Source: Chloroflexota bacterium
Lineage (GTDB): Bacteria > Chloroflexota > Limnocylindria > Limnocylindrales > CSP1-4
Assembly: GCA_046328155.1 (NCBI GenBank)
Contig: JAXLXC010000003.1
Location: 55,873-119,872 of the forward strand
Reading direction: 5' to 3'
DNA length: 64,000 nt
Part shown: positions 9,070 to 17,493 of the stretch, piece by piece
Numbering within the stretch: position 1 is the stretch's first letter
Layout of the letters: the number at the start of each line of letters is the position of its first letter
Notes under the pieces: model-generated
Told to the model about the DNA's origin: nothing
The model's database searches: none
Seen by the model: the letters and a program-made list of their open reading frames with translations, nothing else
Position numbers and translations under genes: made by a program

Positions 9070-9903
9070 ATGATCCATGACGTCGACGAGTCGCTGCGCA
9101 CCCTGGTCAAGCGGGACGCCCTTGAGGGTTCGCGCGTGGACCTCGCGTTCGATGCCCCCACCCGCGAGTGGGCGGCGCGCCAGAACAGCCCCATCGTCTC
9201 GCTCTACCTCTACGACATCCGCGAGGACGTGTCGCGCCGCGAGGTGGCCTGGGAGACCCAGCGCGGGCCGGACCGGATGCCCACCCAGCACGCCCAGCCG
9301 CCTCGCCGCTACCGCCTGAGTTACCTCATCACGGCGTGGACCCAGCGCCCGGAGGACGAGCATCGGCTGCTGTCGTCGATGCTCGCCTGCTTCCTGCGCC
9401 ATCCCGTCCTGCCCACCGACGTGCTGGTGGGCGACCTGACCGGGACCTCGCTGCCGGTGCTCACCACCATCGCGCTGCCGCCGCCCCAGGACCGCTCCAT
9501 CGCGGACGTGTGGTCGGCGCTCGGCGGCGAGCTCAAGCCCTCGCTCGACCTGGTGGTGACGGCACCCCTGGATGCGTCCGTGCGCATCCCCGCTGCCGCC
9601 CCGGTGCTCGAGTCGCCACGGATCCGGGTGGTCCGGCCCGATGGCACGGGCGACGAGGTGGCGGTCGCAGGTCCGGGTGGTGGCGGGGCCGCACGCCGGC
9701 CCCTCGCACCCGACGACGAGGCCGACCAGGAGGAGACGGTGGAGCCGGGTGCCGTGGGCGTCGCGCGGCTGGGCCAGCCCGGGCCCCAACCGGCGCCTAC
9801 GGGTGGTCGCAAGCGCGCGGCGGCGGGCGCCCCGCAGGAGCCGCCGTCCACGGCCAGGCTCCCGGGCCGTCGGCTGATCATCCGGGGCGTGCGTCGCCCG
9901 TGA
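9070..9903 (+). CDS. DUF4255 (Pvc16_N) protein; eCIS tail terminator/cap, Afp16-like
   Basis: Starts MIHDVDESLRTLVKRDALEGSRVDLAFDAPTREWAARQNSPIVSLYLYDIRED, the hallmark DUF4255 N-terminus. Its stop overlaps the ATPase GTG start (GTGA). Confidence 0.8.
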   Translation: MIHDVDESLRTLVKRDALEGSRVDLAFDAPTREWAARQNSPIVSLYLYDIREDVSRREVAWETQRGPDRMPTQHAQPPRRYRLSYLITAWTQRPEDEHRLLSSMLACFLRHPVLPTDVLVGDLTGTSLPVLTTIALPPPQDRSIADVWSALGGELKPSLDLVVTAPLDASVRIPAAAPVLESPRIRVVRPDGTGDEVAVAGPGGGGAARRPLAPDDEADQEETVEPGAVGVARLGQPGPQPAPTGGRKRAAAGAPQEPPSTARLPGRRLIIRGVRRP

Positions 9904-12004
9904 CCGTCGCCGCCGGTCGCCCGGCCGACGAGGCGGCCGAGGTCGCGGGGCACGCCGACGCCTCGCTGGCCTACCTCGGGGCGCGTCTGGCCCTCCTCGA
10001 GGCGCGCGTGCGGTCGGCCGTCGAGCGGCGCCGCGCCACCGACCCCGACCCCGACGACCGGTTCCGGGGCCTCTACATCCCCGAGACCATGGTCGACCAG
10101 CTGCTGGCGGGCGCCCGCCCGCTCCTGCCCGACGGGCCGGACCACGCGTCGCTCGAGGCGCTCGACGGGTCCGCCGAGGTCGCGGAGGCCCAGGGCGCGA
10201 CCATCGGGCTGCGGCGGCTGGCCCGCGGCTTCGACCTCGCGCCACTGGACCTGGAACTCCTGCTGGTGGCGCTCGCGCCGGACCTCGAGCCGCGGTTCGA
10301 GCGGCTGTACGCGTATCTCCAGGACGACGTGTCGCGGCGGCGGGCGGGCATCGGCCTCGCGCTCGAGCTGGCGACCGGGATTCCGGGCCTCAGCCCGGCC
10401 CGGGCACGGCTGGGCCCGTCGTCGCCCCTGGTCGCGAGCGGCCTGCTGCTGGCGGACGAGCCCGAGCGCCCGTTCCTCACCCGGTCGCTGCGGGTGCCCG
10501 ATCGCGTCACGGCGCACCTCCTGGGCGACGACACGCCCGACCCACGCGTGGCGCTGCTGGCGATGGAGCCTGTGCCCCTGGCCCAGCCCGAGGGGGCGCT
10601 CGTGGCCCGTGCGATCGCCGCGGGCGTCCCGCTGGTGCATGTCCGGGAGCGACCGGGGACCGCCGGGGTCGCGATGGTGGCGGCAGCCCTGGGTGCCGTC
10701 CACCGAGGCGTGCTGACCCTCGACCTCGCCCGGCTGGGGCCGCTCGACGACGCGGGCGAGGTCGCGGCCGCCGCCGCCCGCGAGTGCCGGCTGCTGGGCG
10801 CCACGCTCATGGCCGGCCCGGTCGATGCGCTCGCCGAGCGCGGCGCAGCCGCCGTCCGCGCGTTCGCCGAGGCGCCCTGCCAGGTCGTGCTGGTGGGCGC
10901 CCGCACCTGGGATCCCGCATGGTCGCGACATGTGCCGGTGCTGGTGGACGCGCCGGCCCCTCGATCGAGGACCGCGCCGCGGCGTGGCAGGGGGCGCTGG
11001 ACGGGTGTGACGGGTCCGCCGACCCGGGCACGGTCACCGTCCAGTTCCTGTTGGGACCCGAGCAGATCGCGCGCGCCGCTCGCTCGGCGCGCCAGCAGGC
11101 GGACGCCGAGGACCGCCCGCTGCTGCCCGAGGACCTGCGCGCGGGTGCCCGCGCCCAGAACGCCGCGGGGCTCGAGCGTCTGGCCCGACGGGTGCGCCCG
11201 GCCGTGGGCTGGGACGACCTCGTGCTGCCCTCCGAGGTCGTGACGCAGCTCCAGGAGCTTGCGTCCCGCGCCCGGTACCGGGACGTCGTGCTCGACCGGT
11301 GGGGCATGGGTCGCGGATCATCCACCAAGGGACGTGGCATGACTGCCCTGTTCGCGGGGGACTCGGGCACCGGCAAGACCATGTCCGCCGAGGTGATGGC
11401 CGGGGACCTCGGGCTCGACCTCTACGTCATCGACCTCTCGACGGTCATCGACAAGTACGTGGGCGAGACCGAGAAGCACCTCGACCGGATCTTCACCGAG
11501 GCCGACCGGGTCAACGGGGTGCTCCTGTTCGACGAGGCGGACGCCGTGTTCGGCAAGCGCTCCGATGTCAAGGACTCCCACGATCGCTATGCGAACGTCG
11601 AGGTCGCGTACCTGCTCCAGCGCATGGAGCTGTTCGACGGCGTGGCCATCCTGACCACGAACCTGCGCGCCAACCTCGACGAGGCGTTCACCCGACGTCT
11701 CGACGGGGTGGTGGACTTCCCGGTCCCAGACGAGGACGACCGACTGCGTCTCTGGGAGCGCCACCTGCCGGTGGGCGTGCCGCGGGCCGACGACGTGGAC
11801 CTGGGGTTCCTCGCGCGCAGCTTCCGGCTCTCCGGGGGCAACGTTCGCAACGTCTGCCTCGCCGCCGCGTTCCTGGCCGCCGCGGACGGTCGGCCGATGC
11901 GCATGGCGGACCTCATCCACGGCACCGCCCGCGAGTATCAGAAGCTGGGCCGCCTGTTCGTGGAGGCCGAGTTCGGGCCTTGGCATCACCTCGTGCGGGG
12001 CTGA
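9900..12004 (+). CDS. eCIS AAA+ ATPase (Afp15-like), interrupted by a -1 frameshift at the C4 run 10957-10960 as sequenced
   Basis: The N-terminal 350 aa are in frame 0 (VTVAAGRPADEAAEV...VLVDAPAP). The Walker-A/AAA module is in the +2 frame (...PSIEDRAAAWQGAL...LFAGDSGTGKTMSAEVMAGDLGLDLYVIDLS...LLFDEADAVFGKR...). One extra C would join them into ...APAPSIEDRAAAW... Confidence 0.75.
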
Positions 12005-12185
12005 CGCGACATCCGTCGCATGGCGGATGCGCCGGGCGACCGATGGATCGGAGCGACGCCGACGGTCAACATGACGCGGACGGGTCCCCGGCGGCGCGAC
12101 ATCCACGAGCGTGGACAGCAGGAGCCCCCGGGGATCCGATGCCTTCCGGCGCCAGCCCGGCATCCATGGCCGGTTCGGCCCGTGC

Positions 12186-13745
12186 ATGGCATGCTCCGGA
12201 CCGGTGCCACCGACCACCGCCTCCCTGCCGCTCCGGGTCGCGACCCTGCTCGTCCTGGCCGCGCTGCTCGTGCCCGCGTCGCTGGCGCCTGCGCTGCTCG
12301 CGCCATCTCCCGTGCATGGCCAGGACCCCGCGACGCCGCCGACCATCGAGGTCTCCGGGTCGCCCCTGCTGCGCGACGAACCCGGCCGAGGGGTCCTGAT
12401 TCGCGTGACGCTCCGCGAGCCGGCCCACCTCCGACTGCTGGTCACCGACTTCGACGGCCAGGTGGTGCGCGAGCTGTACGACGGCGACCGAGGCGTCGGC
12501 GACCTGGGGCGTCGCTGGCGGGGTCGGGACGCGGACGGCCGTCTGGTCGCGGTGGGGGCCTATCGGGTGAGGGCCATCGCGTCCACCGCGGCCGTCCCGA
12601 CGGGCGTCGCGTCGGACGCGTGGGTCACGGTCGCCGACCACGCCGCGTACCCGGCGGACCCGGGCGCCATCACGGGGGTCGTCGACCCGGGTCACGGCGG
12701 CCCGTTCGATGGCGCGGTCGCACGCGATGGCACGCGCGAGGCCGACCTCAACCTGGACATCGGGCTGCGGCTCGCGCGGATGCTCGAGGGCGCCGGCGTG
12801 CACGTCGTGCTCACGCGGGATTCCGACCGACAGGTCGACCAGCCACCGATCGACCGGATCCCCGATGGCATCCTGGATGTGACCGACGACCTGGCCGCGC
12901 GCGCGGACCTCGCCAACGCCGTCCGGGCCGACCTGTTCATCGCCATCCACAACAACACCGCGGTCGACCGCACCACGGGCGGGCCATCCACCTACTACTC
13001 CGACGAGCGCACCTTCAGCGCCCGGTCGCGACATCTGGCGCGGATCATCCAGGCTCACATGGTGGCTGCCCTCGACGCGGTCGGGAGCGGCGCGTGGGCG
13101 CCCTACGACCACGGCGTCCTGGCGTATCCCTACTACGTCCTGCGCGACTACGACCCGCCCCGTCTGCTCCGTCCCAGCCAGATGCCCGCGGTCCTCTCGG
13201 AGGGGCTGTTCCTGTCCAACCCCCGCGAGCTGCGGATGCTCCAGCGCCCCCGCGTGCGGCAGGCCATGGCCGTCGCGTACTACGAGTCCGTGGTGGAGTA
13301 CCTCGCCACGCGCGGCAGCCACGTGGGATACGCGCTCCTGCGTGCCCCCACGACGGTCGAGGCGGGGTCGCCCGTCGAGCTGGAGCTGGAGGTCCGCGAC
13401 CAGGGCACCACCACGCTGCGGGGCTGGCACCTGGCCGTGGGCGCCCAGGTGGACGGGTCGACCGCGCTGGGACGCGCCCGTCCGGGTGGCACGCTGGGAG
13501 AGCGCCGCATCCCGACGCGCCGGCCGGGCCAGCGACGCACCCTCCGGGTCACCGCGACGGCGCCGGTGGAGCCGGGCCGCTGGGTGCTCCTGGTCGACGC
13601 GCGTGGCCCCACGGGTGGCCGCGCCTCGGAGGCCGGCAGCCCCATGCTCCAGGTGCCCATCGAGGTCACCGCGCCGGCGTCCGCGGATTCGTCCGTGGTC
13701 CCAGCTTCGCCCACCCCCGGGTCATCGGTGGCGCCAACGCCATAG
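12186..13745 (+). CDS. Secreted N-acetylmuramoyl-L-alanine amidase (Amidase_3) with an N-terminal Ig-like domain
   Basis: Signal-peptide-like N-terminus (MACSG...RVATLLVLAALLVPASLAPALLAPSPVHG). Amidase_3 motifs DPGHGGPFDGAV, DLNLDIGLRLARMLEGAGVHVVLTRDSD and ADLFIAIHNNT. An alternative start at 12111 is possible. Confidence 0.8.
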   Translation: MACSGPVPPTTASLPLRVATLLVLAALLVPASLAPALLAPSPVHGQDPATPPTIEVSGSPLLRDEPGRGVLIRVTLREPAHLRLLVTDFDGQVVRELYDGDRGVGDLGRRWRGRDADGRLVAVGAYRVRAIASTAAVPTGVASDAWVTVADHAAYPADPGAITGVVDPGHGGPFDGAVARDGTREADLNLDIGLRLARMLEGAGVHVVLTRDSDRQVDQPPIDRIPDGILDVTDDLAARADLANAVRADLFIAIHNNTAVDRTTGGPSTYYSDERTFSARSRHLARIIQAHMVAALDAVGSGAWAPYDHGVLAYPYYVLRDYDPPRLLRPSQMPAVLSEGLFLSNPRELRMLQRPRVRQAMAVAYYESVVEYLATRGSHVGYALLRAPTTVEAGSPVELELEVRDQGTTTLRGWHLAVGAQVDGSTALGRARPGGTLGERRIPTRRPGQRRTLRVTATAPVEPGRWVLLVDARGPTGGRASEAGSPMLQVPIEVTAPASADSSVVPASPTPGSSVAPTP

Positions 13746-13757
13746 CTCGGCCGGCGG

Positions 13758-14516
13758 TCAGCGGTTCGTGGCGTCGCGCCACGCCTCCTGTGCGGCCGGC
13801 CACCACCGGGCGATGACCACGTCGTCGCCATACCACGGGCTCCCGACCACGCCGTGGAGCGCGTCGTGGAGCGTGAGGTGCCGGGCGCCGGGCAGGTGGG
13901 CGAGCGAGAGCGAGACGATGCCATCGCCACCCGACGCGAGCGTGGGACCCGTGATGCGTCGGAAGAACGCGTGCTGCGCCCGGGCGATCGGGCCTCGGCG
14001 ACGCGAGGGCGGCCCGGTCGCCGGTCGGACCGCCTCGGACCCGACCGTGAGATAGGCGGTCCCGGGCGCGTCGTGGGCACCTGGCGCGTGACGTGCGAGG
14101 TGGGCGGCCAGCCGCACCCCCTCGTGGGTGCCCCGCAGCGGGGCGAGGTGGAGGTCGTGCGGCGACCCAAGCGTCACGAGACAGCCGACCCGGTCGGCCA
14201 TGCCGCCCACATGGCCCCGATACGGCGCCTCGGACATGGCGAGTCGGGCCAGCAGCCCACCACCCGAGTGGCCCACGACCATGATCGGACGGCCCGCGGC
14301 CCGCCGATGCGTCCCCTCGATGGCCAGGGCGACCTTCCGCTGGAGCGCCCCGAAGCCGCGGACCCCGGCGAGACCCCAATCGAGGGCATGGACCGGCGCG
14401 ATGTCCACGCCCGCCGCCCCGCGATGGAGCAGCCGCCGGCGCATCCGTCGATAGGCCACCGGGGGCGCCAGCAGGCCACCCACGATGAGCACCCACGGTC
14501 GGTCGCGGTCGGTCGC
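13758..14516 (-). CDS. Alpha/beta-fold hydrolase (lipase/esterase-like, GHSGG nucleophile elbow)
   Basis: ...PWVLIVGGLLAPPVAYRRM...RPIMVVGHSGGGLLARLAM... The start could also be at 14546. Confidence 0.65.
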   Translation of the reverse strand, partial: ATDRDRPWVLIVGGLLAPPVAYRRMRRRLLHRGAAGVDIAPVHALDWGLAGVRGFGALQRKVALAIEGTHRRAAGRPIMVVGHSGGGLLARLAMSEAPYRGHVGGMADRVGCLVTLGSPHDLHLAPLRGTHEGVRLAAHLARHAPGAHDAPGTAYLTVGSEAVRPATGPPSRRRGPIARAQHAFFRRITGPTLASGGDGIVSLSLAHLPGARHLTLHDALHGVVGSPWYGDDVVIARWWPAAQEAWRDATNR

Positions 14517-14588
14517 CATCTGGTCCACGGACGCAGGATGCCCCAACCAGCCGGAGGGGCCCTCGCCGGGCGCGTGCGCCCGGCGACG

Positions 14589-15512
14589 TCAGTCGGCGGA
14601 GTCGTCCCCCACCACGGGCACGGCTCCCTCGCGGCGTGGGGTCTGCTCCTCGGCCGCGCGGCGCTTGCGCTCCTCCTCGTCGATCTCGCGCTGCTCGATG
14701 GCCACGTCCATGACGGTGCCCTGCCTGATGCCGTGGCCGGTCCGCGCGTCATACGCCCTGCTCTTGGTGGCCAGGGACGCCTTGGCGCCCGCGAACAGCC
14801 GCTGCCCGGTGGCCACGGGCTTGCCCAGCATCCTGGCCGCCTGACCATCGAACAGCTGATGGACCAGGTCGATGTGGCCCTGCTCGTGCGCCCGCAGCGC
14901 CGCGTACCAGCGGGACCACTCCGCGCGGGCCTTGGGGAGCATCGTGCTGGGTGGCGCCCAGGACGGCATCTGCAGCTCGATGGCGACGCTGATGGTGACC
15001 GAGTCGATGATGCCGTCCGTCTGATGGAAGTCGAGGCTTGGCGCCCAGCTCACCTGGCCGGCCTCGGGCCGGCCGCCGATGGCAGCCGCGACGTCCGCGA
15101 GGGTGGATGCCACCACCTCGTAGCCCGATTCCGCGACAGGGCCCACGCTCTCGGTCGCGGCAGCCGCGTCGCCGCCCGAGAGCTGCGGGACCTCGTCGGT
15201 GGGCGTCCCCAGGTCGATGTCCTCGATGTCACGGCTGACGGTGACGTCGGTGATGCCCGTGGACGCGGCTCCCCGGCCGACACCCAGCCCTGTCGCGTGG
15301 CCGCGGCCGCCCAGCAGGCTCCCGAGCGCGGCGTTGCCAGCGTCCGCCTGGAGGCCTCCGATGGCACGCACGCGGCTGGCGGCGTCCGCCGCGTCGAGGT
15401 CGCGTGCCAGGTCGGCCGGCGGGAGCCCGAGGCGGCCCGTGGCCCCCTCGATGCGCTCGGCATCGACCGCCTGCCGCTGGGCGCCGCGTCGATGCGCTCG
15501 CTGTCGGGTCAT
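14589..15512 (-). CDS. DUF922-like putative Zn-metallopeptidase (HEQGH motif)
   Basis: The C-terminal ...LPKARAEWSRWYAALRAHEQGHIDLVHQ... matches the DUF922 / predicted secreted Zn-protease HExxH pattern. ATG at 15512; the ORF-track extension to 15902 overlaps the divergent DUF4157 gene and reads as garbage. Confidence 0.55.
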   Translation of the reverse strand: MTRQRAHRRGAQRQAVDAERIEGATGRLGLPPADLARDLDAADAASRVRAIGGLQADAGNAALGSLLGGRGHATGLGVGRGAASTGITDVTVSRDIEDIDLGTPTDEVPQLSGGDAAAATESVGPVAESGYEVVASTLADVAAAIGGRPEAGQVSWAPSLDFHQTDGIIDSVTISVAIELQMPSWAPPSTMLPKARAEWSRWYAALRAHEQGHIDLVHQLFDGQAARMLGKPVATGQRLFAGAKASLATKSRAYDARTGHGIRQGTVMDVAIEQREIDEEERKRRAAEEQTPRREGAVPVVGDDSAD

Positions 15513-15734
15513 GCTCGCCCGATGGTCGCCCCAGCCCCACGCCGGAGGCACGTCCGGCTGGTCGCACGAACGGGCGCCCTGGACCGCCCGAAGGGTCGTC
15601 CCGGTCGGCCCGGACGGGCACCCGTCGCTTCCCGTGCCGACGCGCCGCCGGGCCTTGGTGCCAGTCGCGACCGGGCGCAGGCTCCAGGCCAGCGGGTGGC
15701 AGCGGCCTGGCCAGGCGACCCGTCCACTTCGGGA

Positions 15735-16535
15735 GTGACGAGCGTGGGCAACGAACTGGACCTCGAGCTCGCCGGTGGCGTGCGGACGGCGCTGCCGGGA
15801 CATGCCACCGAGGCGTCCACGGCGGGTCATGGCCCGATGCTCGCCGCGCGCGCAGTCGCCGAGGGCCGCCCGTCCGCCCTGGACGCCGCCTCCATCGCCC
15901 ACCTCCAGGCCGTGGCTGGGAATGGCGGTGTCGCGCGGCTACTCGAGGACGATGCGCCCGACCAGGTGCGCTCGGCGCTCTCGCGCTCCGGCGAGACGCT
16001 CGACCCAGCGGTCGCCGCCGACATGTCGGCGCGGCTGGGCGCGGACCTCTCGGACGTGCGGATCCACCGAGACGCCACGGCGTCCGAATCGGCACGGGCG
16101 GTCAACGCCAACGCCTACACGGTCGGCTCCGACATCGTGTTCCAGTCCGGCCAGTACGACCCGGCGAGCCCGGCCGGCCAGCGGACCCTCGCCCACGAGC
16201 TGACCCACGTGGTCCAGCAGCGCGCCGGTGCCGTCGACGGCACCGAGGTCGGCGACGGGCTGGCGCTCAGCCATCCGTCCGACCGCTTCGAGCGCGAGGC
16301 CTCGAGCACGGCCGACCGGCTGATGGCGGGAGCCAGCCCAGCGGCGACGCCCGCGCCCGTGACCGCGGCCCGCCACGCCGATGCCCACGAGGACGGCACG
16401 GCGCAGCGGGGCATCGCCATCGAGAACGTCGCCGACGACGAGGAACAGCCCGAGGAGGAGGAGCAGACGGGCGCCGGGCTCATCGGCCAGCGCGACACCG
16501 ACGAGCCCGAGGAGGAGGAGCAGACCGCCGGGTGA
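15735..16535 (+). CDS. DUF4157-domain protein (HExxH; eCIS-associated toxin N-terminal-domain family) with a poly-acidic C-terminal tail
   Basis: Starts at a GTG (15735) preceded by GGGAG. Canonical DUF4157 core: DLSDVRIHRDATASESARAVNANAYTVGSDIVFQSGQYDPASPAGQRTLAHELTHVVQQ. The C-terminus carries ...EEQPEEEEQT...DEPEEEEQTAG. The 5' part of the 893-aa track ORF is antisense to the neighbouring genes and spurious. Confidence 0.75.
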   Translation: MTSVGNELDLELAGGVRTALPGHATEASTAGHGPMLAARAVAEGRPSALDAASIAHLQAVAGNGGVARLLEDDAPDQVRSALSRSGETLDPAVAADMSARLGADLSDVRIHRDATASESARAVNANAYTVGSDIVFQSGQYDPASPAGQRTLAHELTHVVQQRAGAVDGTEVGDGLALSHPSDRFEREASSTADRLMAGASPAATPAPVTAARHADAHEDGTAQRGIAIENVADDEEQPEEEEQTGAGLIGQRDTDEPEEEEQTAG

Positions 16536-16575
16536 CCTGGCGGTCGCCCATCGCGGGCGGCCCTCGACCGCCGTG

Positions 16576-17238
16576 CTAGATCAGCCCCTGCTTGATGGCG
16601 TACGCGACGGCGTGGGTCCGGTTGCGCAGCTCCAGACGGCTCGTGATGTCGTGGACGATGTTCTTGACCGTCCGCTCGGAGTAGAACAGCTCCCGACCCA
16701 CCTCGGCCGTGTCCATGCCGTCGGCGAGCAGTCGCAGCACCCGGACCTCGCGCTCCGACAGACCCCGGAACGTCAGCCCGCGGGGCGCCAGCACCTGTCG
16801 CTGGAGGCGACCGACCTGGTCGAGCAGCCGACCCAGCAGGTCCGGGGGCAGCGTCCCCTCGCCGGCCGCCACGGAGCGGATCATCGAGCGCAGGTTGCCG
16901 GACGTGGCATCGCCACGCCGCAGCACGCCGCTCACCCCGGCCTCGACCGCGGCCAGCAGCCCTTGGTCGTCGAGACGCGCCACGAGCAGCCCGACGCGCT
17001 CCACCCCCTGGCGCCGCAGGGCGCGGATGCGTCGCGTGGCCTCCTCGTCGACCTCGTCGGCGACCACGAGCGCGACCGCGGCCCCACCCGGCTGCGCCTC
17101 CTCGACGACGCGGACGCCGGGCGCGGCGCGCAGCTGCGTCACCGTGCCCGCCCGGGATACCGGGTCGGCGGCCGAGACCGCGACCTCGATGGTGTCCAGA
17201 TGGCGTGCCTCGGCTGGATGATCCTGCACCAGGTACAT
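16576..17238 (-). CDS. LuxR/NarL-family response regulator (C-terminal HTH)
   Basis: C-terminal LuxR HTH (...LSEREVRVLRLLADGMDTAEVGRELFYSERTVKNIVHDITSRLELRNRTHAVAYAI). ATG at 17238 with GGAGG upstream. No adjacent kinase. Confidence 0.75.
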   Translation of the reverse strand: MYLVQDHPAEARHLDTIEVAVSAADPVSRAGTVTQLRAAPGVRVVEEAQPGGAAVALVVADEVDEEATRRIRALRRQGVERVGLLVARLDDQGLLAAVEAGVSGVLRRGDATSGNLRSMIRSVAAGEGTLPPDLLGRLLDQVGRLQRQVLAPRGLTFRGLSEREVRVLRLLADGMDTAEVGRELFYSERTVKNIVHDITSRLELRNRTHAVAYAIKQGLI

Positions 17239-17359
17239 GACACCTCCTCGTCCTGTGGCGTCAGCGGGTCGCTGCCCGTTCGGGTCGACCTGCGACCTGC
17301 CGGGCCTCCCGGGGATGCTGGCCCCGGGGTGCCCCGAAGGCTGCCCCCGCGGACTTGCC

Positions 17360-17381
17360 GCCGACTGAACGCCGACTGAAC
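17360..17381. repeat. Perfect tandem direct repeat, 2 x GCCGACTGAAC (11-mer), in the divergent promoter region between the LuxR regulator and the membrane-protein operon
   Basis: Read directly: ...cttgcc GCCGACTGAAC GCCGACTGAAC gg... Confidence 0.5.
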
Positions 17382-17493
17382 GGACCACCGCCCCCACGGG
17401 TGCGCACGACCTGGGGCGACGAGCTGCCGATCGCCCGCCCGATCGCCCCGATGGGTAGTCGGCGCGCGACGGCTGCGCCTAGACTCCCGGGCC

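Noticed and set aside
8857-10245. 5' extension of the sheath ORF to 970 aa (7333-10245)
   Set aside because: The canonical sheath N-terminus MPTYLSPGVYVEEV with a GGAGG RBS is at 8856. The extension is Arg/Pro garbage that crosses the divergent promoter and the DUF4255 gene on the other strand.
12020-15734. 598-aa ORF 12020-13816 (+) and the 5' two-thirds of the 893-aa ORF 13854-16535 (+)
   Set aside because: Both are antisense or out-of-frame relative to the amidase, hydrolase and DUF922-like genes. Only the 3' 266 codons (15735-16535) encode the recognisable DUF4157 domain.
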